Sequence record: OR062943.1 | Reading direction: 5' to 3' (one strand) | Length of the DNA: 64,000 nt | DNA from: Escherichia phage 241Ecol014PP | Shown here: piece after piece, positions 46,945 to 56,717 of the stretch | Layout of the letters: every line of letters starts with the position of its first letter | How positions within the stretch are numbered: the first letter of the stretch is position 1 | Program-made: the position numbers and the translations under genes | The notes under the pieces: model-generated | What the model saw: the letters and a program-made list of their open reading frames with translations, nothing else | What the model was told of the DNA's origin: nothing | Database searches by the model: none

Positions 46945-47857
46945 TTTGTAGCTCTCGTAAAACCTCCCTAATTGCGGGGAAATCTTTATTATTGACACCA
47001 CCAACCTGTCATGGTAACATGATAGAGGCTTCGAAGAGAGATCGAAGGTATGGTAACAGTGTGTTAATTTAGATAATCCGCAGCGAAGCGTCCGAGAGGA
47101 TGAACGTTCAACGACTAGTCGAAAGACGTAGAATCAAGCGATTCGAAACGGGAGGGTGAATGTGTAATACTAAAAAATGTATGGATTGCCAAAGAGTTCT
47201 ACCTATTGATGATTTCTTTTTATCATCTAAGAGCAAGGATGGATACTCAGGTACATGCAAGGAATGCTATATGTACTACAGGAAGGGTGGATCTCGTAAA
47301 AACAAAAATATGGTTAAGAGAGATGACGCAGCATTGTTTATTCAAGACTTGCTGGAGAAAGGTGAACTTTTTGAATGCAAATCTTGTCATGAAAGTATGC
47401 TAGCTGATAGTTTTTACACAAAACGTGACTATGGTAAAGTATATCTGGTTACGAACAGGTGTAAGATGTGTGAAAAGTTTTATCAGATTGAGAAGAAATT
47501 TCACATAACAAAAGATGAATACTATCGTCTACTCTCAGATCAAGATCATAAGTGTGCCATTTGTAGAATATCCCTTGATGAGTATAGGACGCAAGGGTAC
47601 AGAGATTTCTTTTGTGTTGATCATGACCATAAAACTGGTGCTGTAAGAGGGTTGCTTTGTGATAAATGCAACAGAGCTTTAGGTTTCTTCCAAGAAGATG
47701 AGGAAACTATTCTTAGAGCGGCAGAGTATTTACACATTCATAAGATATAGTCTGGTCTGCATGGAGACATGCAGCTGCCTGAAAATGGCGGGGCAAGACT
47801 AGCGACCTTGCCCGAACATAAACGACACAATTCGAATGGGAGCAGATAGACTATCTG
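46945..47857 (+). mobile_element. putative group I intron in terL carrying an Endo VII-family endonuclease ORF (boundaries approximate)
   Basis: P AATTGCGGGGAAA (46970-46982), Q AATCCGCAGC (47066-47075), R GTTCAACGACTAGTC (47106-47120); internal TTGACA-17-TAACAT (46992-47020). Confidence 0.65.
47160..47750 (+). CDS. Endonuclease VII-family homing endonuclease (intron ORF)
   Basis: CVDHDHKTGAVRGLLCDKCNRALG; N-terminal Cys-rich zinc-finger-like repeats. Confidence 0.7.
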   Translation: MCNTKKCMDCQRVLPIDDFFLSSKSKDGYSGTCKECYMYYRKGGSRKNKNMVKRDDAALFIQDLLEKGELFECKSCHESMLADSFYTKRDYGKVYLVTNRCKMCEKFYQIEKKFHITKDEYYRLLSDQDHKCAICRISLDEYRTQGYRDFFCVDHDHKTGAVRGLLCDKCNRALGFFQEDEETILRAAEYLHIHKI

Positions 47858-48946
47858 ATGTCTCGTCTGCGATCTCAGTCAAAGTATCCATCAAGAATGG
47901 TTATCAGCTGTAACCCCGATTCAGAACACATGCTTGCCAAACTGGTTAGATGGTGGTTGGACGATGAAGGGTATCCAGATCCGGAGAAATGCGGTAAGAA
48001 AAGATATTTTATCCGACGCGACGGTGAATTTATCTGGGGAGACTCTAAAGAAGAGTTGATAGAGAAATACACCACGGTTAACGGACTGGGTGTGGAGATC
48101 AAGCCGAGACCGTTGTCATTCTCGTTTATAGGCGCAACAATATTCGATAATCCTGTCTGCTTAAGAGACAACCCAGAATACCTTGCTTTCCTTGAAGGTC
48201 TGCCGGAACTGGAAAAAGCTCAGCTTCTTCATGGTAACTGGTTTGCAAAGCCTGAGGGTGCAAACTATTTTCAAAGATCTTTCCTTCGTGATGCCGATAG
48301 AGTACCCCTTGGATCAGTATCTTGTAGGGCATGGGATAAGGCAGGAACCGAGAGAACTTCCGGTAATAAATTTCCTGACTTTACCGCCAGTGTTAAGGTA
48401 AGTAAAGATAGCGACGGCTTTTATTACCTGTCCGGTGATTATTGTCCTGAGAACGTGGATGACGGGAGGTATTCCACAGGTCTGGAAGGTAAGTTCTGTA
48501 AAAAGGCTGGTGAACGAGATGTGATCATCAGGAAACAGGCGCAGTTTGATGGTGACGATTGTATAATCGTATTCTCTGTGGACCCAGGTCAGGCAGGTAA
48601 GAGTGAGTTCTTAACCTCCTCCAGATCCTTACTCGCCGAAGGGTTTAGGGTTGAAGAAGACCCAATGCCTTCCAACAAATCTAAACTGACAAGATTCTCA
48701 CCTTTTGCCAATCTTGCCCAACAAGGAATGGTGAGGATTGTAAAATCCAGTTTCCATCCTGATACTCTGGAAGCATTTCTGACTGAACTTGAAAAATTCA
48801 ACGGGGAAAGATCAACATTTAACAGAAAAGACGACTGGGCCGACTGTGTAGCTTCTGCGATTAATTTCCTGGAGAAAGAGGAGGTAGCACTTCCTTGTGT
48901 GATTCCATCAATCTCATCACCTTCTATGTTCAAGCGTTTTATCTAA
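47858..48946 (+). CDS. terL: terminase large subunit, exon 2 (nuclease domain)
   Basis: VISCNP coupling-motif-like block and C-terminal DDWADCVA; 5' boundary approximate. Confidence 0.8.
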   Translation: MSRLRSQSKYPSRMVISCNPDSEHMLAKLVRWWLDDEGYPDPEKCGKKRYFIRRDGEFIWGDSKEELIEKYTTVNGLGVEIKPRPLSFSFIGATIFDNPVCLRDNPEYLAFLEGLPELEKAQLLHGNWFAKPEGANYFQRSFLRDADRVPLGSVSCRAWDKAGTERTSGNKFPDFTASVKVSKDSDGFYYLSGDYCPENVDDGRYSTGLEGKFCKKAGERDVIIRKQAQFDGDDCIIVFSVDPGQAGKSEFLTSSRSLLAEGFRVEEDPMPSNKSKLTRFSPFANLAQQGMVRIVKSSFHPDTLEAFLTELEKFNGERSTFNRKDDWADCVASAINFLEKEEVALPCVIPSISSPSMFKRFI

Positions 48947-48995
48947 GTGTTGCCAATCTTAATTAGATGTGGTAGAATAGAGTAATCGGAGATAC

Positions 48996-49024
48996 TAGCC
49001 CTCTAACACGAGGGCTATTTTGTT
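48996..49024 (+). terminator. rho-independent terminator (TAGCCCTC/GAGGGCTA stem, T run)
   Basis: Direct reading. Confidence 0.65.
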
Positions 49025-49048
49025 ATACTGTTTTGAGGGGTAAAGCTT

Positions 49049-50605
49049 GTGTCCAAAAAGAACCGCAGGAAACACAACGCCACAGCCAAAACTGTGAATA
49101 AATCTGGGAACGCAGGCGCACCAACTCATAATGTTCGTATGAGTGAGATCGGTTCTGGCGCACTTTCCCAAATTATGGCAGAATCGCAATCTATGATGGT
49201 TGAGGAATTGCGTTGGCCTCAGCTGATTGCCACAGTGGAGACTATGAAATGTGATTCCACAGTTGCTACTGCCTTAGATACAAAGTATGTTTTCATCACG
49301 AAAGCATTCAATGATTTTAAGATCCTTTATAATGTTAAAAGTGAAGACTCTAAGAAAGCTGCCGAGCTTATAGAGTATTCTTTGCGTAATTTGGCAAACC
49401 AACAAACCCTTCGGGATATTGCAAGAAGCGCAGCTACCTTTAACGAGTATGGTTTTTCACTGTTTGAGAAAGTATACCGCAGGGAGAAAGAAGGTAAATA
49501 TGCCGGGATGCTTCTTATTGATAAAATTGCATTCCGACCTCAGGCCAGTTTGTCCAGATCAGAGCCGTTTGTCTTTGACAAGAATAGTAGAACACTGACA
49601 GGTATTTATCAGTCACCTAATGCATTTCTAAACACTCAGAATGCACGCTGGGCTGGACCTCTTGCTGCAATGCCTTCAAAAGGCTTTAATGAGCCTGAAA
49701 TTTTCATCCCTGCTAAAAAGCTTATGCTCATGACCCTGTCAGGAACAGAATCTAACCCTGCAGGTGTGTCACCGATGATAGGTTGCTACAGATCTTTCCG
49801 TGAGAAAGTTCTGATTGAAAACCTTGAGGTTGTTGGCTGTTCCAAAGACCTTGGTGGTGTGCTTGAGCTGAAAATTCCTTCCAATATTTTGAACAAGGCC
49901 AGCATTGACCCGAATTCAATGGAAGGGAGAATGGTTGCAGACCTTATGCTTGACGCAGCAAACGCCCATAGTGGTGAGCAAAGTTTCTTTATACTTCCGT
50001 CTGATAGAGATAAGTCTGGTAAAGAGCTTTACTCCATGACCCTGAAGGGGGTTGACGGTATGGGTAAGCAGTATTCCACTAAAGATTTGATTGATGCCCG
50101 TAAGAAGGCGATTCTTGACCGTTTCGGTGCTGGCTTTATTAACCTCGGTAACGATAACGTCGGATCTTTCTCTCTGTCTGAGTCAAAACAGTCTATCCAT
50201 GGTCATTTTGTTCAGCGTGATATAGATATTATCACTGAGGCCTTCAATAAAGATCTTATCCCACAGCTTCTGGCATTGAATGGTATCATCCTTGAAGATG
50301 ATGATATGCCTAAACTGAAACCTGGTCTGATCGAAGAAGTGGACATGGAGAGCTTCTCCAAGTTTGTCCAGAGGATCGGTGCTGTAGGTTACTTGCCAAA
50401 AACTCCTGCAGTAATTAATAAGATTCTTGAAGTAGGCGGGTTTGATGAAAGATTTGACGAGGACATGGATCAGGAAGAGCTGATGAAGCTCTTGGGCCAG
50501 GACATTAGTAGGGCTGGTGATGGAATGGCTGCAGGATCCACTGGCAACGGCACTTCTAAGATGTCATCGACCAGAGATAATTCCATATCCAACATGGAAA
50601 ATTAA
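49049..50605 (+). CDS. portal protein (putative; GTG start)
   Basis: 518-aa ORF immediately after terL; RBS GAGGGG. Confidence 0.55.
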   Translation: MSKKNRRKHNATAKTVNKSGNAGAPTHNVRMSEIGSGALSQIMAESQSMMVEELRWPQLIATVETMKCDSTVATALDTKYVFITKAFNDFKILYNVKSEDSKKAAELIEYSLRNLANQQTLRDIARSAATFNEYGFSLFEKVYRREKEGKYAGMLLIDKIAFRPQASLSRSEPFVFDKNSRTLTGIYQSPNAFLNTQNARWAGPLAAMPSKGFNEPEIFIPAKKLMLMTLSGTESNPAGVSPMIGCYRSFREKVLIENLEVVGCSKDLGGVLELKIPSNILNKASIDPNSMEGRMVADLMLDAANAHSGEQSFFILPSDRDKSGKELYSMTLKGVDGMGKQYSTKDLIDARKKAILDRFGAGFINLGNDNVGSFSLSESKQSIHGHFVQRDIDIITEAFNKDLIPQLLALNGIILEDDDMPKLKPGLIEEVDMESFSKFVQRIGAVGYLPKTPAVINKILEVGGFDERFDEDMDQEELMKLLGQDISRAGDGMAAGSTGNGTSKMSSTRDNSISNMEN

Positions 50606-50624
50606 AAATTATCAACACAGGGGG

Positions 50625-50653
50625 TTGCAAAACCTCCTTTGGCGTGATAAAAT
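50625..50653 (+). promoter_or_regulatory. late-type promoter TTGCAA-17-TAAAAT (TGn)
   Basis: Direct reading. Confidence 0.45.
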
Positions 50654-50672
50654 AATCCACATGGGGAATAAG

Positions 50673-51092
50673 ATGCCACAGGAAGAAATGATTTCCTACG
50701 AAATCATCTACGAACCTGACACTAAAGATGCTCACGGTGAGTGGATGAGTAAAGACACCATCAAAAAGGCTAAAGATAACTGGGACGCAGCATACGCCGC
50801 AGGCCTAGTTTCTGAAAACCTTTTTCACTTGACCTCTACAGATGCTTTCACTATTGAAAAGACGTGGATTCAAGAAGAGTTTGATGTTGTAGTAATTGGC
50901 ACTGAGCAGGTCATCAAGGCTGGCTCTTGGGTTGCTAAAGTTAAATACAATAATCCTGAATTATGGGAAGCTAAGAAGGCTGGCATTGTTGGTGGCCTAA
51001 GCATTCAGGCAACAGGTAATGTTGATGAAGAGACTGGTGAAATTACCAACGTAAACTTCGGGATCAGTGTTGTAGAAGAGGGCAATGAATAA
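50673..51092 (+). CDS. head morphogenesis protein (function unknown)
   Basis: Start trimmed to ATG after GGGGAA; position between portal and scaffold. Confidence 0.45.
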   Translation: MPQEEMISYEIIYEPDTKDAHGEWMSKDTIKKAKDNWDAAYAAGLVSENLFHLTSTDAFTIEKTWIQEEFDVVVIGTEQVIKAGSWVAKVKYNNPELWEAKKAGIVGGLSIQATGNVDEETGEITNVNFGISVVEEGNE

Positions 51093-52069
51093 TGTCTGAA
51101 AAAACGATTACTATTAAAGAGAAGGGGATTGCCCTGTGCCATAAGGCGCAAGGCTATAGCGCTAACAACAGACCTGTATCTCTTTTGATGAAGAGTGATC
51201 TTAAGCCTGAGCAGTTAACAGACGATATTGTTAAGGCACTTCGCCAAGTTACTGTGGAGCTTAGTTTTGAAGAATACCTGCGTCGTTTCTTCGATATGTG
51301 GTATGATGATGCTAAAGCACTTGCACACATGCTCGGTTTTGAGATTGAAGAGGAGGCTTGGGCTAAAGAGCATCCTGATTGGGAATGGGCGCAAGCTGAC
51401 GCAGAGTCTTGTATTGCATGGCTGGAAGAGCGTTGTGATAACGTGACCATTCATAAAGCTGCAAAAGAAGGTAAACAGCTTAGCGTGGTAGATCAGTACA
51501 GCCTGTTAAAAACACAACAGATTTTTGAACAAGTAACCGCTGATCTCTTCGATAAAGAAGGGAACCTGATCAAGGCGGTACAGGAACCCGCTGAGGTGGA
51601 TAAAACTGCCGAGGTGGATGATGTTGCAAAATCCGCAAATACCGAGGAGAATCCGGTGGACGTAACCAAAACTAAAGAGTATCTGGATCTGCTGAAGCAA
51701 GTAGAAGAGCTGAAAGCAACCCAGAGTAAAGCTGAAGAAATCATCAAGGCCCAGGTTGAAGTTGAAAAAGCTAAAATGCTGACTAAGGCTCAAGCTTTAA
51801 GCTTTGTTGGTGAAGAAGATCATGCAACCCTGGTTGACTTCATGCTGGAAAAAGCTAACGAACCTATCGTAGCTATGCTGGAGAAAGCTCAAGCAAAAAT
51901 TGAAGAGCTGGAAGCAGAGGTGCATAAAACCAAAGAAGAGTTTGCCACCACTGAACATGGTAATGATGGCGAACCTGTTGTGGATGATATTGCGAAATCC
52001 GCAGAAGAAATTCTTGCTGAAAACGTTGCAAAAGCACTTGCTCGTGCACGTGCAGAATCTGCCAAATAA
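51092..52069 (+). CDS. scaffolding protein (putative)
   Basis: E/K/A-rich coiled-coil composition; immediately upstream of decoration and capsid genes. Confidence 0.55.
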   Translation: MSEKTITIKEKGIALCHKAQGYSANNRPVSLLMKSDLKPEQLTDDIVKALRQVTVELSFEEYLRRFFDMWYDDAKALAHMLGFEIEEEAWAKEHPDWEWAQADAESCIAWLEERCDNVTIHKAAKEGKQLSVVDQYSLLKTQQIFEQVTADLFDKEGNLIKAVQEPAEVDKTAEVDDVAKSANTEENPVDVTKTKEYLDLLKQVEELKATQSKAEEIIKAQVEVEKAKMLTKAQALSFVGEEDHATLVDFMLEKANEPIVAMLEKAQAKIEELEAEVHKTKEEFATTEHGNDGEPVVDDIAKSAEEILAENVAKALARARAESAK

Positions 52070-52089
52070 GACATTAACGGGGGAAATAA

Positions 52090-52479
52090 ATGATTACCGC
52101 TCAATATTCTGATATCGTGCTCGGCAAAGTTGATTCTAGCGATGCTGGCTACAATTTTAAAGAGATGGAAATTACACTGACAGAGCACCATCATGCTGGT
52201 ACTGTTGTAACAAAAACTGGCACTATCGCTAACGATGATGGCTCAGACGTTTATGGTGTTCTTGTAGACCGAGCTCTGGTAAAAGATGCAGGAAAAGTTC
52301 ATCTCGCTGAGCCTCTGCAAACAGGTCAGAAATATAAACTGGTTGTTGCAGTTCACGGTGTTACCTTTGCAAAAGATAAGCTGCTAGGGTCTAACGGTGA
52401 AGCAGCTAAGCAGGCTGTTCTTGAAAAGCTGGAAGCTCTGGGTAACAAAGTTCACGTCCAGACTCTTGGTGAAGAGTAA
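52090..52479 (+). CDS. head decoration protein (putative)
   Basis: 129-aa ORF immediately upstream of major capsid gene. Confidence 0.45.
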   Translation: MITAQYSDIVLGKVDSSDAGYNFKEMEITLTEHHHAGTVVTKTGTIANDDGSDVYGVLVDRALVKDAGKVHLAEPLQTGQKYKLVVAVHGVTFAKDKLLGSNGEAAKQAVLEKLEALGNKVHVQTLGEE

Positions 52480-52527
52480 GCCCTAAATTGTTCGGGAAAA
52501 TATTTAAGTTTTACTTTGGAGAAATAA

Positions 52528-53535
52528 ATGATTACTCGTAAAGATGAATTTGGCATTGTTGATTTAGGTGCTACTCTGGACCTTGTTCCGCGTCAATTCC
52601 GACTGATTACTGGTATGGATCTGTTCGAAACCCGTCTCGGAACCTCAACAATTGCTCAGATTGAGCGTGTTGATGAAGTTGTAACCGACATTCCGGCACG
52701 CCGTCGTGGTGGTGAGCGTAACTACGTTGGTAGTGAACGTGCTCAGGTTAAAAACCTGAACATCCCGTTCTTCCCTCTGGACAAAGGCATCACCGCAGCA
52801 GATGTTCAGAACTTCCGTCGTTACTTCACCCCTGATGCTCCGAAAACTGTTCAGGACGTAGTAACCCGCGTTGTTCGCCGTATCCGTGTTTCTCATGAAG
52901 CACTGCGTGAGAAAGCGCTGTTCCAGGCTATTCTGGGTAAATCCTATGCACCTGGTGACACAACCTGTCAGTATGACTACTACACTCTGTGGGGTGTGTC
53001 TCAGAAGTCTGTTGAGATTGACCCTGCAAAAGCAGATCAGGATCCGATGGAGGTTCTGGAAGAAGCTCGTCTGCACATCGCGCTGCAAGCTGGCGATAAC
53101 GCAGCTGGCTATCGTATTGTAGCCCTGTGCTCACCAGAGTTCTTCAGTGCTATTACCCATCACCCTCTGGTAGAACTGGCATACACCTATTACGGCTCTG
53201 CTCAGGAACCTCTGCGTCGCCGTCTGGGTGCTGGCGGTCAAGACAGCGTATACCGTGTGTTTGAGCATAAAGGTATCACCTTTATCGAAGATATCTCTGG
53301 CAATATTCCTAAGAAAGAAGCTCGCATTCTGCCGATGGGTATTGATCAGATGTTCCAGCTGCACTTTGCTCCGGCAGACGATGTTAACGAAGCAAACACT
53401 CCAGCACAGGAACTGTACATGTGGTATAAACACTCTGCATACCTGCGTGAAGAGAAGATTGAATCTGAAACTTCCATGCTGGCAGTTAACACCCGCCCAG
53501 AGCTGGTTGTTAAAGTAACTCTGAAAAGTGAATAA
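52528..53535 (+). CDS. major capsid protein (putative)
   Basis: Codon usage visibly shifted toward CTG/CGT/GGT; strong RBS GGAGAAA; terminator follows. Confidence 0.7.
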   Translation: MITRKDEFGIVDLGATLDLVPRQFRLITGMDLFETRLGTSTIAQIERVDEVVTDIPARRRGGERNYVGSERAQVKNLNIPFFPLDKGITAADVQNFRRYFTPDAPKTVQDVVTRVVRRIRVSHEALREKALFQAILGKSYAPGDTTCQYDYYTLWGVSQKSVEIDPAKADQDPMEVLEEARLHIALQAGDNAAGYRIVALCSPEFFSAITHHPLVELAYTYYGSAQEPLRRRLGAGGQDSVYRVFEHKGITFIEDISGNIPKKEARILPMGIDQMFQLHFAPADDVNEANTPAQELYMWYKHSAYLREEKIESETSMLAVNTRPELVVKVTLKSE

Positions 53536-53559
53536 TCACTAAGGTGATTCATCCCATAT

Positions 53560-53591
53560 GGGGAGGGGGTTCTCCCCTCCCCTTTTTATTT
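53560..53591 (+). terminator. rho-independent terminator (GGGGAGGGGG-TTCT-CCCCTCCCC, T run)
   Basis: Direct reading. Confidence 0.7.
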
Positions 53592-53615
53592 ATTAGGGTT
53601 TACCAGGAGTGTCCC

Positions 53616-54461
53616 GTGAAGAGAGCTGTATATCCAGTTGAGTATGATCCTCTATTAAGAGTTTTCAACAATCAGTTAAGTTTTTATCAATTTTTAGCAC
53701 AATATAATCCAGAAATCAATGTTGGTTTATCAGCCCTGCTGCCACCAACAGAATTCGTTATCGGCAGTGTTCACTATCCATGTAGAACGATTGTAGACTT
53801 CTTCGAGAAGATTGCAAAACATACAGGCCTGCCAATTGATACTGGTATTTCAACTATCCGTATGGGTGTTATTCTTCTGTTCTTCACAGAGAACCTTGAT
53901 GAAAGCACTTTAACACTGCAAAGCGGGGATGTCAATATCACACTCACCCCGTCAGTGTTTAAAGAGGTAGATGCGGCTTTCCAAGTTTCCGTGGCAGAGG
54001 GCCATCTATGGGACCCTGTAGGGATGCCTAAAAAAGTGACCATAAACGATGAGCAATGCAGCATTGTTTATGAAGAAGATACCCAAACTTTCACCATTGA
54101 GTGGCCTAAGAAACGTTCTCAGGTTGTAAATCTTGGACTGGTCTCTACGATAGCTCCACCGCCTGAACCAGAGCCGGAGCCGCCTGTAGGTCCTACTGAA
54201 CCTGGTGGTGGTGAAGAATCCCAAGGCCCGACTGTACCTGAGGAAGGCACTGAGCAGGATCCTGAACAGGCACAAGAATCAAGATCTTCTCGTAGTGATG
54301 TTGATGCCATACTACAGCAGGCCGCAGCTCTTAACAACGAAGATGACAAAAGTGGTTCAAAAGATGCACTCCAAACCTTCGCCAAAGAGTACGGTGTTAC
54401 CTTAAGTAAGGCAAAAACTTTCCAAAATATGATGAAAGATTTTGAGGCTGCACTGGCATAA
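53616..54461 (+). CDS. structural protein with Pro/Glu-rich linker (GTG start)
   Basis: Start trimmed to GTG after AGGAG; PPPEPEPEPPVGPTEPGGGEE linker. Confidence 0.45.
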   Translation: MKRAVYPVEYDPLLRVFNNQLSFYQFLAQYNPEINVGLSALLPPTEFVIGSVHYPCRTIVDFFEKIAKHTGLPIDTGISTIRMGVILLFFTENLDESTLTLQSGDVNITLTPSVFKEVDAAFQVSVAEGHLWDPVGMPKKVTINDEQCSIVYEEDTQTFTIEWPKKRSQVVNLGLVSTIAPPPEPEPEPPVGPTEPGGGEESQGPTVPEEGTEQDPEQAQESRSSRSDVDAILQQAAALNNEDDKSGSKDALQTFAKEYGVTLSKAKTFQNMMKDFEAALA

Positions 54462-54470
54462 TTTTGTTAA

Positions 54471-54505
54471 GGCCCCTTCCAAATCAGGAATGGGGCTTTA
54501 TTTTT
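54471..54505 (+). terminator. rho-independent terminator (GCCCC...GGGGC, T run)
   Basis: Direct reading. Confidence 0.55.
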
Positions 54506-54520
54506 ACGAGGTATTTTCAA

Positions 54521-55141
54521 ATGGCATGGTATGAAGATGAAGAGATTATCCCGTCCCCGCCTAACCATGATGGTGTAGTTGATACCCCAGAAGAACCACC
54601 AAAAGAAGATCCTATACCTCCGGAACCTGATCCAGACCAACCTCTTATTAATATTATGAGGTTGTTGCTTGGCAATGTTGATGAGGAAACCCTCCCTGAC
54701 GAGGTAATTAAAACATTCCTTGACATGGAGAAGCTGAAACTAAATTATCCGGCAGACCCTGATAAGCTACCTCTACTTAAGTACAATGTGCTTGTGCAGC
54801 TTGTGCGGTGGCTGATGATGCAGGAAGTGTCCAGCGGTAATGCAAGTATAACTTCCCGTCTGGAAAAAATAGGTGATGAGACCATAGAGATTCGTGGTGG
54901 ATCTGCCTACGCCCAATGGAAAGATTTCCTTGATTGGCTGCTGGCACACCCTGACTATGTAGATTCTGAACTGGATGCTTACAGCAGAATGATTATCATT
55001 GGTGGTGTTCGTGTAGACGAAGGAATTCGGGTTAAATTTAATGAAAACAGCAACGGACCGTTTGATGTCCAGGGGATTACACCTATCAGTGGTCTAAATA
55101 ACCAACCTCCTCGCCACCCAAGACGCAAACGCAGTTTTTAA
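54521..55141 (+). CDS. head-tail connector/adaptor candidate
   Basis: Start trimmed to ATG downstream of terminator. Confidence 0.45.
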   Translation: MAWYEDEEIIPSPPNHDGVVDTPEEPPKEDPIPPEPDPDQPLINIMRLLLGNVDEETLPDEVIKTFLDMEKLKLNYPADPDKLPLLKYNVLVQLVRWLMMQEVSSGNASITSRLEKIGDETIEIRGGSAYAQWKDFLDWLLAHPDYVDSELDAYSRMIIIGGVRVDEGIRVKFNENSNGPFDVQGITPISGLNNQPPRHPRRKRSF

Positions 55142-55147
55142 AAATTG

Positions 55148-55176
55148 TTGCTTTTGATGTATCTTTGTGGTAAAAT
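55148..55176 (+). promoter_or_regulatory. late-type promoter TTGCTT-17-TAAAAT (TGGTAAAATACA)
   Basis: Direct reading; same TGGTAAAATACA block as at 58689. Confidence 0.4.
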
Positions 55177-55194
55177 ACATTAGTGAGGGATATA

Positions 55195-55659
55195 ATGCTA
55201 AAGGTTAAATGTCAAACAAGGTTCAACCTAAAGCGCTTAGATCGCTTCTACAAAGACCTTGTGAGACTTGAAAGTAAAACAATAACCTACGGCTTTTATG
55301 ACGAACCTCACTCGTCAGGCTTAAATATGGCAACATTGGCAGCCATTCACAACTTCGGTTGGAACGGGCTGCCTGTTCGCAATTTCATGGAGACAGCCTT
55401 TGCATTTCATAGTACTCAACTGCAGACCTTGACAGAAAAATTGTTGAGAGCTATGGCCAGAGGATCAAGTGCAGAGGCCATTCTTAAGCAGATGGGGGAC
55501 ACAGGGGCCAAAGCTATCCAGTTTGTTATTGAGGCTGGACAGTTTAGTAATCCTACTGTCAGTGAGCAGTGGGCACAAGAGAAAGGCTTCAACGAGGCTA
55601 TGCGGCATTACGATGTGCTGCTTGAATCTGCAACCTTTAAAATTGGACAGCAAAAATAA
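55195..55659 (+). CDS. virion morphogenesis protein (unknown)
   Basis: Start trimmed to ATG after GAGGGA. Confidence 0.45.
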   Translation: MLKVKCQTRFNLKRLDRFYKDLVRLESKTITYGFYDEPHSSGLNMATLAAIHNFGWNGLPVRNFMETAFAFHSTQLQTLTEKLLRAMARGSSAEAILKQMGDTGAKAIQFVIEAGQFSNPTVSEQWAQEKGFNEAMRHYDVLLESATFKIGQQK

Positions 55660-55668
55660 GGGGGTTGA

Positions 55669-56094
55669 GTGGCAGCAGGTTATAAGCTGATAGGAAAGAA
55701 CAGACTAATACCTCGTAAAACATTCAAAGGTCGCCACAGAGTGTATAACAAAACAGTTGGTGGCCCTTTTGCCAACGAGGGGTTAGAACTTGAGTATGAA
55801 GAGTTTGATGTCTTAGAGTGTGTTGTGCAGCCGTTGACAGGAAGGGCAGCTAAAGATTACTCCTCTCAAATAAACCCTGAAGGTGACAGACAGTACGAGG
55901 CTTTTACAGTTTACTCCTCAACCAAGTTGTATAGTCCGGATGAAGGAACATATGCAATGGCTGATCAAATTCAACTTCCTGACATCCGTGGTGACTTGAA
56001 ATGGTTTACCGTTTTAAAATGCGATGCATATGTTACCTCTGGTGGTGGGAGATATAGATTTTTTGTGGTAGAAGAGCCTGAAGGAGAAGACTGA
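55669..56094 (+). CDS. virion morphogenesis protein (unknown; GTG start)
   Basis: ORF track; RBS AAGGGGG. Confidence 0.45.
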   Translation: MAAGYKLIGKNRLIPRKTFKGRHRVYNKTVGGPFANEGLELEYEEFDVLECVVQPLTGRAAKDYSSQINPEGDRQYEAFTVYSSTKLYSPDEGTYAMADQIQLPDIRGDLKWFTVLKCDAYVTSGGGRYRFFVVEEPEGED

Positions 56095-56645
56095 TGGAAG
56101 CTTTCGAAAAAGTTTTTTCTGATCTTGAAACAACCATTGCTAAGCTCGTCAAGGTTGCCACAGGAAGAACTGTAGTTCTGGCAGAAAGCTCTACCATACC
56201 GAAGCCGGAAGGTGAGTTTGTACTTTTACAAACCTTGGCGATCAATCCCACCACTTGGGAAGATAATGAGTTTCAAGATGCGGAGGGTAATGCTTGTGTC
56301 ACCCACAGTTACACTGTTACCTATCTGCTAACAGCTTATCGTGGCAGGGCATATGCTGCACTTAGCAGAGTATTGCAAGCAATAAACCTTCCAATGTTTT
56401 ATGACAAGTATTTCCCTCTGGGATCGTGCTTTGCCTACTCTAACAATTCAACAATCTCACCTCAAAGAGTGCCGTTGAATAAGCAGACGTATGAAAATAG
56501 AGCCACTGTGATGCTGACATTTAACGTAAGGTTTGTTGAAACAGACATTGGGGCTTTTGAGGATCTTCAGGGAATTAAGGCTGAAATAACCACACACTTC
56601 CCTTCACCCAATTCTGGTAAAGCGGTTACAGACAGTGGTCAGTAA
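56094..56645 (+). CDS. virion morphogenesis protein (unknown)
   Basis: ORF track; ATGA overlap with previous gene. Confidence 0.45.
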   Translation: MEAFEKVFSDLETTIAKLVKVATGRTVVLAESSTIPKPEGEFVLLQTLAINPTTWEDNEFQDAEGNACVTHSYTVTYLLTAYRGRAYAALSRVLQAINLPMFYDKYFPLGSCFAYSNNSTISPQRVPLNKQTYENRATVMLTFNVRFVETDIGAFEDLQGIKAEITTHFPSPNSGKAVTDSGQ

Positions 56646-56659
56646 TCGTTATAATTGTG

Positions 56660-56676
56660 TAGTGTAATGATTACAC
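56660..56676. promoter_or_regulatory. 17-bp palindrome AGTGTAATGATTACACT upstream of putative sheath gene
   Basis: Direct reading. Confidence 0.35.
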
Positions 56677-56717
56677 TGCGTGTTTGATATCCGTGCACAG
56701 ATATTAAGAGGAAACAA

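Noticed and set aside
51154-52194. Several 70-100-aa ORFs on both strands inside the scaffold gene
   Set aside because: Ser/Ala-rich repetitive translations mirroring the E/K/A-rich scaffold sequence; frame artefacts
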